Positions 20,749-31,726 of a stretch of DNA of 64,000 bases are shown here, in pieces. Both the position numbers and the translations under genes were made by a program. Under the pieces are notes generated by a model. That model did no database searches, was not told where the DNA came from, and saw only the letters and a list, made by a program, of their open reading frames with translations. The first letter of the stretch is position 1; each line of letters opens with the position of its first letter. The DNA comes from an uncultured bacterium (GTDB lineage Bacteria; Chloroflexota; UBA5177; JANWHV01): NCBI GenBank assembly GCA_963827235.1, contig CAWHAE010000016.1:192001-256000 (forward strand). Direction: 5' to 3'.

Positions 20749-21639
20749 GCTTGTCTCTCTCCTTGTGGTGCGGTCGCGCTCAAACACGCGTGCCATATCC
20801 AGCCCCTTCGGATGTCTCACCTGCCCCGTGTGACGGGCTGGACCCTCGCGCCCACATGCGGCTCGCGTATGTCGCCGCTTGGAGCCGACGCTTCAGCAGG
20901 CACCTGATGCGTGGTGCGCGTCCGTGGACGACATTCCGCTCCCCGTATCAGTCCGCCACCGGCGAGCGCGCCGTTGGCCCGGGTGGCGCTGGTTGCGGCA
21001 TCGACGTTCCCACGCCCGCCGCAACCCGGCACGCCACACAGCGCGACGGCTCCGCCGAGCTACCGCCGACGACGCGCCATTCCTGCGCCCAGCCGGGCCA
21101 GGAGAAGGTCTGCTCTCAGCAAAATGCGAGTCGTCTCCGTCCTCAGGGCTGGGTGCTGAGATGCCGGCACCCGTTGATCGCCTGGAACGTGTAGTTGTAG
21201 GGAGCGATCTCCTCAGCTGCACGCGCCGTCGACTGCAACAGTCCACGCGCTGCCGACAATGTCCCGTGCGTCCCGGATGCTGTCCTGCGCGGCGAATTCA
21301 AGCACCACGCTTGCGGCCTTGAGAGCGATATCGCGGGTGAGCGGGTTGGAGACTTTGAAACTGTCCAGCAGCAATTCCGCTTCCTGTCTGGTCACCGCAA
21401 GGAACTTGGCATCTACCATCGGAACACCTCGACAAACGGTACAGCGCAGCGTTCGATACATCTAGCGTGCGGGACCTGTGGCATTGTGGGAAGCCCCGTT
21501 CGGGCCGTGTGCCACCGGTACCCGAGTGGGTAAGTGCCTCACGGACTCGGCAGGAGGCGCGGAAAAACCGTGCCAGTAGGGGGTCGGAGCTGGCCTCTTG
21601 ACCTAACTGGCAGGAGGACGGGCACGACACTCTCCGGGC

Positions 21640-21800
21640 GGCGGACGGGCAGTAGCCAGAGTGATCTCTGCGCCCGTGGGATCGCCAAGGAGTGTCCAAA
21701 GTACCACGTCGATGCCCAGTTCGCCGATCACGTCCTTGTACCGCTGGAGTCCGCGCGTCACATCGAAGTGCACCGCCAGGATCTTCCCCCCGGCTCTCCA
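21640..21800 (-). pseudogene. Possible UroD/methyltransferase-family fragment
   Basis: AGGKILAVHFD...IGELGIDVV...P.G.EITLATAR. Confidence 0.35.
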
Positions 21801-21929
21801 AGTAGGCAAAGCGCCCAGCCGCCAGCGGTCGAGCGTCACGCCGTCATGCGACCTATTCCCGCATCGTGGAGCAGGCGTCGCTCCTCTAGCACCGAGGGCA
21901 GGCCGCGTGCCATGCCGGCGCTACAATAG

Positions 21930-22236
21930 CGGGGCCGGCTTTGACATCGTGAACCCCGTGCAGACGTCGGTGGCCGGTACGGACCCGGTGGCCCTCAAGC
22001 GCCGAAACGGCGATCGCCTGGTGTTCTGGGGCGGCGGGATCGACACGCGGTAGGTGCTGCTGGTCGTCACGCCGGAGGAGGTGCGCGGGATGGTCCACGA
22101 GCGCAGCCAGACACTTGGGTCCAGGGGTGTCTATGTGTTCAGCGCCATCCACAACGTGCAGGCCAACATCGCGGTCGAGAACCTGCTGGCGCTGTGTCAG
22201 GCCGTCGCTGCCTGTCGGGCCTGTGCGCTGCAGTGA
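21930..22236 (+). pseudogene. Uroporphyrinogen decarboxylase family C-terminal fragment with an in-frame TAG at 22051
   Basis: AGFDIVNPVQTSVAGTDPVALKRRNGDRLVFWGGGIDTR*VLLVVTPEEVR...GVYVFSAIHNVQAN..VENL. Confidence 0.85.
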
Positions 22237-22252
22237 GCCGGAGTGCTTTCCC

Positions 22253-22741
22253 CTACCCATGCCGCCGCACGATCAGAGTCGAGTCTTGCGTGTCGATGGA
22301 ACTGTGTGGTACGACCCCTGCCTCGCGGTCCTTCTTGTGCCAGACCCCGCCCTTGGCTGCCGAGACGGTGCTGTCGATGGACAGGCCTGGCCCTTGCTCC
22401 GCCCAGGGGTTCAGCAGTCCCAGCAGGTACCGGCCCAGGCAGCCAATCTGCGCGGGCAACGTCGCGGGCAGTGCCGCCAAGCGGCACTCCCAGGTCCGGC
22501 GGGCAGGGAAGCGACCGTACTCGGTGAAGTACGGGCGGGCAGCAGCCATCTCGGGCTCGGCCAACACGGCCAGGAGCACGTGCACCGTGGCCAGGTGGCG
22601 CACGATCATCAGCACCAGCGCCTTGAGAAAGAGCCGATCGGAATAGACGCGTGGCCGCCCACGGCGCACCCCAGCAGACGGTTGCGGAATACGATCCACG
22701 AGCGCCAACAACGCCAACAGCACTGACGCACCAGGCAACAT
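22253..22741 (-). mobile_element. Truncated DDE transposase (IS4/IS5/IS982-like)
   Basis: RGRPRVYSDRLFLKAL, FPARRTWE.RL, first catalytic SIDST and GGVWHKKDREAG; stops before the remaining catalytic residues. Confidence 0.8.
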
Positions 22742-23219
22742 GAGAGAGCCTCCGTTCCTCGTTGGATGGATGAAACCCTCAAGGCACGGAGATGCCGCGT
22801 CAGCGTAAAGCAGGCGCGGCACTTCATTTCCTGGGCGTTGCGCAAGGCTAGTGCGCGGCAGTCTGTGCGTAGAGCAGAATCGCGGTTGCGCGGGGGCAGG
22901 CGAGAGTGCGACTGTGCAGCCGCCACGAACACGTCGCCGGCACCATTGCCGCCACCTCGATCGGCGTACAGAGGTTCGTAGCACTGGTGCCGTAATCCCT
23001 GCTGCTCACGTCGGCCTGTCCCCACACGACGGTGGCGGTCGTCTGGGCCGCCGCCAGCACTCGGTGGGGAGTGCACCACCAGTGGCGGCCTTCCTCCCCC
23101 CGCGAAGCAGCCTCTTGCTTTGCCTGTTGGCCACTGCTACCATCACGCGCAAACGCCGTTTGCACTCTCTCCAGGGTACAGGGCGCTCTATGGGTTCTTG
23201 TCACCAAGGAGGTAAGGCA

Positions 23220-23762
23220 GTGTCCCATGTGAGCAGTTTCACCCGTGCGGCTGGTTCGTGCGTGCTCGCATTCATGCTGACCGGCACTGTGAGCGGCTGC
23301 GGATCCGGTTCGTCCTCGCCGAGCGCCACGCCAACGCCGGCTGCCGTTGCCACTCTGCCCACTCCTACCGCCACACGCGTGGCGAGCCCGGGAACTGGGG
23401 ACAAGGAGGCGTTGGGGACGAACAACCCCGCCGCAGGAGACTGCACGACGAACACGAGCGAGGCGGCTACGTCTGTCGGATTTGTGGTGTTCCACCTGAC
23501 GCCCAGCGCATTCCAGGCGGAGATCCAGGTGCAAGCGGGCTCGCCGAGCGCGACCTACATGGTGTTCATGCAGCAGGTCCCCGGGTCGTGCCCGCAACAG
23601 GCAGCCAACGGCGGCACGCTGACCACCGACGCGACCGGTCGTGGCCAGGCGGTCGCAACAGTGCCGCGCGTGTCCAGCGCGACCACCTTCTTCGTGCAAC
23701 TTGTTCCTGCCGGGTCTGGACCGGCTGAGTACACCAGCGACCGTCTCTCAGTCGTGTCGTAA
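23220..23762 (+). CDS. Putative lipoprotein with a Pro/Thr linker and a beta-rich domain
   Basis: AAGGAGGT RBS, GTG start, lipobox-like VSGC, SATPTP linker. Confidence 0.75.
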   Translation: MSHVSSFTRAAGSCVLAFMLTGTVSGCGSGSSSPSATPTPAAVATLPTPTATRVASPGTGDKEALGTNNPAAGDCTTNTSEAATSVGFVVFHLTPSAFQAEIQVQAGSPSATYMVFMQQVPGSCPQQAANGGTLTTDATGRGQAVATVPRVSSATTFFVQLVPAGSGPAEYTSDRLSVVS

Positions 23763-24524
23763 TGGTAACGATCGGCGCGCTGTCGCAGCCGTAGATGGTG
23801 TCTGGCGGCGGCGCAGGGCAGAGCGACACTTTGGCCGACGCAGCGCAGAAGAAGTTGTCCAGTTCCGGCTCTCAGGACAACATCGATGCGAGCGGGTGGC
23901 CTGAGTGCGCATACATCGCCTTAGCCTCATCACGCATCGCCTGCAAGGCTCCCACCGTGTGCGCTCAACGTCCACTCATATTGCTGCCACGGGCGCAGAT
24001 CGCACGGGGACACAATCTCCTAAACATCGTGGCAAGGCGGACCGCTGCCGTGGCAGCCTACCGCCCAGGGCCTGGAGCAAGGCTGTCGACCGACAAGGCA
24101 CTGGGGCCGCTAACGTCCACTCCGCAAGTTGTCCGTCTGGTTCCTCGAACGGCAAGGCACACCAGGCACCGCCGGGCCGCCGCGGTCGCTCACCGCACCA
24201 CCCGTGCCAAGCGAGTACGCAGCCGGTCAACAGCACCGACAACCACGCGGTTTGCGTCGCGCGTCGCATCGCTAGTGCGCTTTACTACCGCAGCATGAGC
24301 CGCGTCATGCCACTCGCGCCCGAGTCCAGCCGGCTTGCGACAGCCTGCATCGCTACAAGGATTCCATAGACCGCGCCATCAAGAGCAGCGAGAACCCCAG
24401 CCCAGGCATTCACCTGAGAATGTCGATCCCTGGCTGTGCGGAGAATGCCGGTCGAGCGGGGGTCATCGTCAATGACGCAGTCTCCCGGCTGCCGGCGGAG
24501 CCTGCCGCGCGGCTGCTCTTCCCT

Positions 24525-25010
24525 CTACAGTCGCTTGTAGAGTGTTTCCCGGCTAATACCCAGGTCGCGTGCAACCTGACTCTTGTTGTCTCCCGCGGCG
24601 GCGCGACGGCGAATCTCCGCTACTCGCCCGTCGGAGAGGGCTTTCGTTCGGCCACGATACGCCCCGCGCTGCTTGGCCAGGGCTATCCCTTCGCGCTGAC
24701 TCTCGAGAATGAGCGCTATCCCGATATCGGGATAGCGCTCGAATTCAGCGAACGCGCCCATGTCCGAGAGCATGAGCGTCGCCATCGGGGCGTCGTCGCC
24801 GGTGAACGTCAAGTGCTCCTTGACGAATTCGACCCGCACACCGCGCTCGGTGAGCGATGACATAATGCGGCGCAGGTCGATCAGGTTCCGGGCAAGGCGG
24901 TCCATGCCATGTACCACCACAGTGTCGCCCGCACGAGCGTATCGTAGTAGCGCCGCCAACTCTGGTCGGGCGGTATCCTTGCCCGAGGCCTTGTCGGTGA
25001 CCGCCCAAAT
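24525..25010 (-). pseudogene. Serine recombinase (resolvase/invertase) lacking its catalytic N-terminus
   Basis: DKASGKDTARPEL, GDTVVVH.MDRLAR, GAFAEFER, QREGIALAKQRGAYRGR and C-terminal HTH ARDLGISRETLYK; no GYxRVS motif. Confidence 0.9.
24711..24740. repeat. Perfect 30-bp palindrome inside the resolvase
   Basis: GAGCGCTATCCCGATATCGGGATAGCGCTC equals its own reverse complement. Confidence 0.95.
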
Positions 25011-25227
25011 ACGCTCGTGTCCGCTGCCCGCCGAAAGCCCTGCATGAGCCTCCCGGGGCGGAGCGCGGCCGCACTCCCGCCAACTATGGTCGACGCCCCC
25101 GGCCTCGTATGGCGGTCGCCAGGGTTGCTTGGCTCGGCGTGCGCCGCGGTCGTGCGGTTCGGATCGCCGCACCCGTGGGGATGGGTATGGCTGCGGGTAC
25201 CGGCCTGGCGGTCAGCTCGGGCACCGG

Positions 25228-26268
25228 CTACGGTCTGAGCATCACTGCGGCGGGCGCCAGGGCGACGACGGTGAAGGGGAACGGTCGGCCCACCAGGTTG
25301 TCCGTCATGTCCGAGAGCTGCCAGTCGGTGTTCATGACCTGTCCCGTCTGCAGCGCCGGGAGAAAGAGCGGAACGGTGATCGTTCCGTTCGGGCCAACAT
25401 CGGGCAGGGGGTAGCTCGTTGGTAGTCCGAGTTGCCGATACAGGTCACCGGCGATGAGACGCAGGCTATATCGACCGGTCCACGTCGTCGTCCCCGTATT
25501 GCGGACGACCAGGGGAACGGTTGCCGGGAACCCGGCGTGGACGAAGACGGTTTCGCCCTGAGCCGAGGCAGTGTCGCTGCATACCCCTTTGGAGACGTCG
25601 TACCGCAGCCTTGGCAGCAACGGGTAGACGTTGCCGCCTGGACAGTCCGTGAAGTTGAAGTCGCGGTGACCGCCGATCGTGGGAAAGCGCGCTGCGCCGT
25701 CGTCGAAGGTCGCCTGTGGGTCGATGCCGTACTTGTTGCACAGCATAGTCAGCAGCGTCTTCAGCGAGGTGAGCAGCGGTCTCGACGGTTTCTGAGAGGA
25801 GTAGTCGCCCATCAGCGCAATGCCGACCGAGCCATAGTTGAAGTGCTCGGTATGGGCGCCCACGACATCGTCGCCGCCCGCGCGTCCTTCGTAGATGTTG
25901 CCGGTGCCGTCGATCAGGTAGTTGTAGCCGATGTCTCCCCAGTCCAGGCCGTAGCTGTGATACGCCCAGATGGTCTGAATCGTCGCCAGGCCGCCGAGCG
26001 GTCCGGACTCGGTCACGGTGTGGTGCACGATGAGGTGGAATGGGCGTTGGTACACCGGTACCCACAGCGGGCTGTTCTCGCCGTCCGGCGATCCCCAGCT
26101 ATCCCGCGAGATCACCGGCACGCCGTTGCGGTTCAGGTCGGCCCTCACGAGCGCGCGCCGGCCGTGGACCGACTCGTCGACAGGGACCAGCACTCCGGCG
26201 AGCGCGAGTGCTCCCGCAACCACCAATGATCGCCGGGAGAGCCGTTGAACAGTGAGGTGGTCACACAT
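25228..26268 (-). CDS. N-acetylmuramoyl-L-alanine amidase (Amidase_2/PGRP-like) with Tat-like signal and Ig-like domain
   Basis: LSRRSLV signal, ISRDSWG, IVHHT, WGDIGYNYLID..G.IYEGRAG, GAHT, GHRD..TDCPG, VRNTGTTTW. Confidence 0.9.
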   Translation of the reverse strand: MCDHLTVQRLSRRSLVVAGALALAGVLVPVDESVHGRRALVRADLNRNGVPVISRDSWGSPDGENSPLWVPVYQRPFHLIVHHTVTESGPLGGLATIQTIWAYHSYGLDWGDIGYNYLIDGTGNIYEGRAGGDDVVGAHTEHFNYGSVGIALMGDYSSQKPSRPLLTSLKTLLTMLCNKYGIDPQATFDDGAARFPTIGGHRDFNFTDCPGGNVYPLLPRLRYDVSKGVCSDTASAQGETVFVHAGFPATVPLVVRNTGTTTWTGRYSLRLIAGDLYRQLGLPTSYPLPDVGPNGTITVPLFLPALQTGQVMNTDWQLSDMTDNLVGRPFPFTVVALAPAAVMLRP

Positions 26269-26684
26269 AGGCGGCGTGTAGGTCGCGCGAGTTGCACGAG
26301 CGCAGCCAGGGAGCTGCGCGATCGCGTGCATGGACGCGGCGTGCGAACCGGCTGGTCACGTGATCACCATGACGGCGAGCACCCGCGGTACACCGACGGC
26401 GATCGGCGGCGCCAAGCAGCTGCTTGGCGCGCAAACCCACGGCACCGACAGCCACAGGTCCGGCGCGGGACATCAGGCTGAAGGAGCAGTTATCACGCGA
26501 GGAGGGCACATACTCACAGTATGCACCATCGTCAATTGTCGCTTCTTGTTTGCCGCTCCTGCCGGGGACACGAGCAACTGCTCCTGGTACCCTGAAGGTG
26601 AACTCGTCGGTCCCCACCATGCTGGCACGACCGCGGGAGTACCTCTTGAGGTCGCTTACCGGTTGGCCATCGCGAAGGTAGCAC

Positions 26685-27122
26685 ATGGGAAGTGGCCGTC
26701 TGGCACTTCAAGGACTGGTCGTTGGGTTGGTGTTGGCACTTGCCCTGGGAGGGCCGGTGGCCGCATGCAGCCTCGATGGCGTGCCTTCCCTGTCTGTGAA
26801 CAACACGCTCGTACGCTCCATGACTGCCAAGCCCAGCCGGGCCGACATAGCTATCTGGGCGCCGTTCACCGTGCCGGCGGCCATCCCTGCCGGCCGGCCC
26901 GTGCGCTTTAGCGAACGGCTGTCGGAACTGAAACGCTCACTGCCCCCACTGGCATTCGCCTATCCCTGGCGCTGGCAGTTCGGTGACGGTGCGACGGCGA
27001 CCGGCAACACGGTCACCCACACGTACCGCCGGCCGGGCCTGTACCGCGTGACCGTCTGGGCAGACTATCGCGCGGAGCAGTTCTGGTACGAGTTCGACGC
27101 GGCTATGATCCACATCCGCTAG
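26685..27122 (+). CDS. Secreted PKD-domain protein
   Basis: Signal peptide, WRWQFGDG and HTYRRPGLYRVTV PKD signature. Confidence 0.85.
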   Translation: MGSGRLALQGLVVGLVLALALGGPVAACSLDGVPSLSVNNTLVRSMTAKPSRADIAIWAPFTVPAAIPAGRPVRFSERLSELKRSLPPLAFAYPWRWQFGDGATATGNTVTHTYRRPGLYRVTVWADYRAEQFWYEFDAAMIHIR

Positions 27123-27259
27123 CCTCGGCTTCACACCGCTCGCTGCGGCCGGCGCCTGGGGCACCGCACCACGAGTGCAATATGGGCTTTCTGCTCGAAG
27201 CAAGAGCGGCGGCCCGTGGTCACAAGGTCTGTGTCACGCGAGCTGGCAGCGCAGTAAGC

Positions 27260-29155
27260 TCACGCACCAGCGCGCAGAGTATATGCAGCGGAGACGGTAG
27301 TCAGCGGCGCCAGGGGCGAGACGGCCATCACAACCCGCTTGCTGCCGGCCGGGATACGCAGGCTGCCCTGCCCATCCGCACCCACCATCATCGGCTCCAC
27401 CGAGATGCGGCCCGGACCATAGACGATCGCCTGCACGACCCACTGCTCCGCAAGCGTATTGATCGCGTTGACCCAGCCGGACGTCTGCCAGGCAGTGCCC
27501 GCTGCGACGCCGTCGAAGCCGATCTGTGGAATCTGCACGTGGGCTATCGCGACACCCTGCAGGTTCAACTCGTCGTCGGTGACCTGCTCGAACCGGAGTT
27601 TTATCTGCTTGCCGACGTAGGCAGAAAGGTCGACATGTTCGTCGAGCCAGCAGTGCTGCGCCGCGCTGGCGCGGTTGCAGCTCGAGCCCGTGTAGCCGTT
27701 GCCCAGGTTCGCGCCGTTGGGATCGCTGTTCGTCGTATATGGTGTACGCTGCGCCTGCCAGGTCTTGCCGCCGTCCGTCGAGACTTCCACGTAGCCGTAG
27801 TCGTAGTCCTTCTCGAGCTCGTACCAGATCTGATACTGGAGCACCGGATGGGCGACGTGCCGCAGATCGAGCATCGGGGAGGTCAGGGTATCGTCCACGC
27901 TATCGCCCCGATTGCTCCACCAGAACGCGGGTCCCGGTGGCACCGTGCTCAGCAGCGGCACGGTCGGCTGACCGGCGAAGCTGAGAGTCAGCGCCTTGCC
28001 GTCCGTACGCGGAATGTCGACGTAGTTGGCCGCGTACTGGTGCATGGAGCTTGTCAACGAGAAACGTACCGTCTGCGTGCTGGTCGAAATCGCGCGTACC
28101 TGGGTGTGCCTGTAGCCATAGCGGCCGCCGTCGATCGCCGGGTCGTTGACGAAGTTGGCCACCACCCAGTCGGCGAACATCTGGTCCGCCGTCTCGTGAC
28201 TGCCCAGCTTCGACAACAGGTCGCTGAAGAGTTGCATGCCGCTGAGCCGGTTATCCGCCAGTTCCAGCCGCGTGGCACGGTCACCGCCGAAGTGCTCGTA
28301 GTAGTAGAGCATCCACATGAAGCCATTGCCGTAGCCGATGCTGCTGTTCGGGTCCCAGACATCCAGCTGCGCGTCGGGTTGTTGCGCTTTGCCGGCGTCC
28401 CAGCCAGTCGCACCGTAGCGATTGAGCACCTGAGCCAGGACCGAGCTGCCCTCGTTGATCCAGGCTTCGTCCATGGGGTGCAGATGAGCGTGCAACACGT
28501 GCTGGAACTCGTGTGCCACTGTCGAATCATAGCTTGCCGTACCGGGCTGCAGGGCGCCCAGGTCGAGATAGAGAATCTTCCGCTGGTTACTGAACGGGGA
28601 TGCCGCGTGCGGAAACAGATCCTCCAGCGAGACGTAGCCGATGGCGCCGCCGCCCTGCAGCAGGCAGTTCAGAATCGTGATATGCGTGTCGTTGTCCACG
28701 CCCGGAATCCAGGCCGGCCCGAACGCGGCGATGTCCGTGGGATAGATATGCTGCTCAAAAGTCGCCGCCGAGCGTGCCAGGGATTGAAGCCCGAGCTTGA
28801 TACCGCTCTGCACGTAGAAGTAGGCGTGTGCGGTCTTGTAGGCCAGGCGCGCCGCGATCAGCGATTCGCCACTGCCGGTAGAGACGTAAAAGTGGTCGAC
28901 CCGCCCGACCGGGTAGTCGGTCGGATGCAGGTTGACGATGGGGTCGATCGGTGTCGTGGAATGGAGCTTCAGCCGCTCGGCAAGCGCAAGGAGGTCGCGG
29001 CTGGGGTTGGGCGTGGTCGCCAGGAGCTGCGTGAAAGCTGCCACCCGCGCCGAGGGCATGGCCGGTGCAGCCGCGCGTGCGGGGAGCGCCAGGGTTCCGA
29101 GAAGCGCCAGCGACACCACGAGGCGCCACAAGCGCGCCATCCTTCGTGTGGCCAA
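27260..29155 (-). CDS. Secreted zinc metallopeptidase, immune inhibitor A/M6-M30-like
   Basis: Signal peptide, PGVDND, TVAHEFQH...WINEG, WYELEKDYDYGYVEVSTDGG.TW, VDLSAYVG..IKLRF. Confidence 0.9.
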   Translation of the reverse strand: MATRRMARLWRLVVSLALLGTLALPARAAAPAMPSARVAAFTQLLATTPNPSRDLLALAERLKLHSTTPIDPIVNLHPTDYPVGRVDHFYVSTGSGESLIAARLAYKTAHAYFYVQSGIKLGLQSLARSAATFEQHIYPTDIAAFGPAWIPGVDNDTHITILNCLLQGGGAIGYVSLEDLFPHAASPFSNQRKILYLDLGALQPGTASYDSTVAHEFQHVLHAHLHPMDEAWINEGSSVLAQVLNRYGATGWDAGKAQQPDAQLDVWDPNSSIGYGNGFMWMLYYYEHFGGDRATRLELADNRLSGMQLFSDLLSKLGSHETADQMFADWVVANFVNDPAIDGGRYGYRHTQVRAISTSTQTVRFSLTSSMHQYAANYVDIPRTDGKALTLSFAGQPTVPLLSTVPPGPAFWWSNRGDSVDDTLTSPMLDLRHVAHPVLQYQIWYELEKDYDYGYVEVSTDGGKTWQAQRTPYTTNSDPNGANLGNGYTGSSCNRASAAQHCWLDEHVDLSAYVGKQIKLRFEQVTDDELNLQGVAIAHVQIPQIGFDGVAAGTAWQTSGWVNAINTLAEQWVVQAIVYGPGRISVEPMMVGADGQGSLRIPAGSKRVVMAVSPLAPLTTVSAAYTLRAGA

Positions 29156-29480
29156 TACCGCGATCCTCCAGTCGGTAGGACAAGGGGCACGCTGATCGGA
29201 TTGTACCAGTGACGCCAGACGCCGCGAAACAACCTGACATCAGCCCACCGCCTCGGGCAGGCGAGGAGTGCCCTCGCGCGTCTGTGCCGGTCACGCGGTC
29301 GACGAGTGCAGCTGAAGCACCCCCTGCACCGACAGTTATTGCACAGCCGGCGCGGAGTGCTTGTAGGGTAGCGTGCCGCTTCCTGCACTGGGCACAAGTG
29401 CCGCCTTCAGCTCGTCGCGGCCGCGGGAACGTGTAGCCAGGACGACAGCGATCGTGAAGGAGCGAAGGGTGCCAGCACAG

Positions 29481-29650
29481 ATGCGTGCGGCACGCTTGGC
29501 GCCGGTTCTGCTGGCATTCCTCCCGGCCGCAGTGCCGGTACGCACGGTCCAGGCGTGCAGCCTCGATGGCATCGCGTCCCTCTCGGTGAACGGCCCCATG
29601 GCCTCGCTCACCACGGGCAGACCGACTGCGTCCACGCTCTCCCAACGGTG
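29481..29650 (+). pseudogene. N-terminal remnant of a paralog of the PKD protein
   Basis: QACSLDGIASLSVNG matches AACSLDGVPSLSVNN of 26685-27122, then diverges. Confidence 0.7.
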
Positions 29651-29967
29651 CAGGTGGATTGGCGTGTGCTGCGGCACGAATGACGACAAACACGAATAAG
29701 CGAATGTTCTGCGCGGCATCCAGTGCATCAGCAGGTCACCGCTGCGGAAGCGCTCACCTCCCACGCGCGCTCTGACCGCTCGGTACACGGCAAGCAGCGT
29801 ACTCCTGAATGCCACGTGTGATCCCGCTGACCACGGTGGTCGTATTAGGGCTGTGATCACCCCATAGAGCACAAGAAGGGTCAACAGTAATGAGCCTGAG
29901 CAACCATCGCGTTACAGCCGCATCCGGAAGCATTGCGAACCATACGGCTAGGGAAATGAGGACACCC

Positions 29968-30507
29968 ATGCGTAACGAACCACGGCAGCATAGTTTCTCA
30001 CTCATCCTGGCCACGCTGCTGGTGCTGGCCACGGCGTTTGTCGGAATCACTCCCATGGTTGCGGGCCGTGCGCTCGCTCGTGTACAGATCAAGGCAGGGA
30101 CCGGCATCTCCGGCGGATTCTCGGCAACGATCTACCAGGGGCCGGACAAAGGCATGACGCTCGTGGGTGAGCTGGAGTTAACCGCCAGCAGCAGCGGTCG
30201 GCTTACCGGGAAGTTGGTACGCAACTCGGGCACGTCTCTGCCGGTAAGCGGCCAGCTGACCGGGCTGGCGATCAGTCTGGTCTTCTACCTGCCAGGCGGC
30301 AAGCACATCTTTGGCGTCGGCACCTTTGGGCAAGATCCAACGAGCAAGCAGTGGGCTGTCGGTGGTCCGCTCGTTGGTCCCGGCAAGGGGGATAGCGGTG
30401 ACTGGGACGTCTGTCTCCGCTGCACCACGACGACAAACGGCGGCATCGCGAAGTGCGTTCCCATTGCGTGCCCGCCGACGATAGGCATCTCCCCTCCTGT
30501 ACAGTAG
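29968..30507 (+). CDS. Secreted beta-rich protein with a Cys-rich C-terminal tail
   Basis: GAGGA RBS, signal peptide ending ALA, GPLVGP..GDSGDW followed by CLRC...CVPIAC. Confidence 0.75.
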   Translation: MRNEPRQHSFSLILATLLVLATAFVGITPMVAGRALARVQIKAGTGISGGFSATIYQGPDKGMTLVGELELTASSSGRLTGKLVRNSGTSLPVSGQLTGLAISLVFYLPGGKHIFGVGTFGQDPTSKQWAVGGPLVGPGKGDSGDWDVCLRCTTTTNGGIAKCVPIACPPTIGISPPVQ

Positions 30508-30514
30508 GTGATCC

Positions 30515-30560
30515 CGATGCTCTCGCGCGCGTAGCAGCGGCTTCGCGCGCGAGAGCATCG
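30515..30560 (+). terminator. Strong hairpin after the secreted-protein gene
   Basis: Perfect 17-bp inverted repeat CGATGCTCTCGCGCGCG ... CGCGCGCGAGAGCATCG, 7 bp after the stop; no U-tract. Confidence 0.7.
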
Positions 30561-30619
30561 TCCACCCAGGAGCAAAAGCAGGCGGCCGACTTTGCTGTGC
30601 GTCGCCGCCCTCGCAACTG

Positions 30620-30830
30620 GCTGCAACTCTGGTGATCTCGGAACGCCGGGAACACGTAGCCCTGCTCGCGGCGCGCCTGACTGTGTATGCCAAGCATGTC
30701 GTCGTTCTTCAGGGTGGCATGAGCACTGGGCAGCGGCGCGAGGCCGCCGAGTCGCTGGCCACCATTGCCGAGGATGAAAAACAGGTGCTGGTCGCTACAA
30801 GACGCTACCTTGGCGAAGGTTTCACTGATA
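30620..30830 (+). pseudogene. SF2 (DEAD/DEAH, ResIII-like) helicase C-terminal fragment
   Basis: LVISERREHV...VVVLQGGM....RR...VLVAT.RYLGEGF.D. Confidence 0.7.
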
Positions 30831-31726
30831 CCCGGACACTGCGAGACTCGCCAGCGGCCTCTGGCAGACGGGAGTTCGCCTGCCAGGAAGTCGCTCTGCC
30901 GGCCGCCGAGGTTGTTGAGCGCGTTCGTGCTGCCAGCGGTGAAGGCGTCGTCCGGAGTGATGGCGCCAAGGAGTTGCCTCTTCTGCTGGAGATCCATCTG
31001 TGCCCAAGTCTCTTCGGAGGTGTCGACTGTAGCACACTTGTGCTTGTCGGCAAGCTGCTGGGCCACCTCAGTCTGGAGAGAGCCGGTTGGTTATTCCTTG
31101 GCCATCTTGTGCCGCCCGTGTGCCGGCCGGGGTACTCCCGGTGATAGTTGCTACAAAGATCTGGTCCTGGGCAGCGGTCGCGCCAGCAGGTACCGGTCTG
31201 CCGAACGGCGGCGCCCCGGTGTGACAAGCACCACGACGACACATGCCGGGGCCAGAATCCATCCGCCTTTTGTGCTCGGGCTCGTGGCTCAAGCCTGCAT
31301 CGACTGGTTCGCGCAATAGCCGTGTCGACTTCGCTATCATCCTGGCGCGGCAGCGGCTACGGCGGCGGTGAGGTGTGATCGTGCCCGCAGCAGGTCGGGC
31401 GTGAAAGGCGGGCGGGCAGGCAGAACAAGGCAGGCCAAAGGCACGCAAGCCTCCTGGGGTACGCAAGACATCACTTACAGATCGGCAATCGGGCGGCAAC
31501 ACTCCTGCCCTACGATCCTACCGTGCGGCGACGATGGCGCGGCTGCGGCCTCCAGGGTGAGGGGCAGGGCAGTTCGCGAGGCACAGGACGCGACCAGAGA
31601 GGCAACGGACCAGCGGGACCTCAGAGCACGTTGTTGGAGACGAAGGTGGAATCGTGGCCCGACCGGCCTTCGCGGCGGTGCCAGTTTCCAAAACACGGCT
31701 TCGCGACAAGGGAAGGAGACTGCAAC

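Noticed and set aside
27182-29212. 676-aa plus-strand ORF and similar long shadow ORFs elsewhere
   Set aside because: They are antisense to well-supported genes, lack protein motifs and are expected in high-GC DNA.
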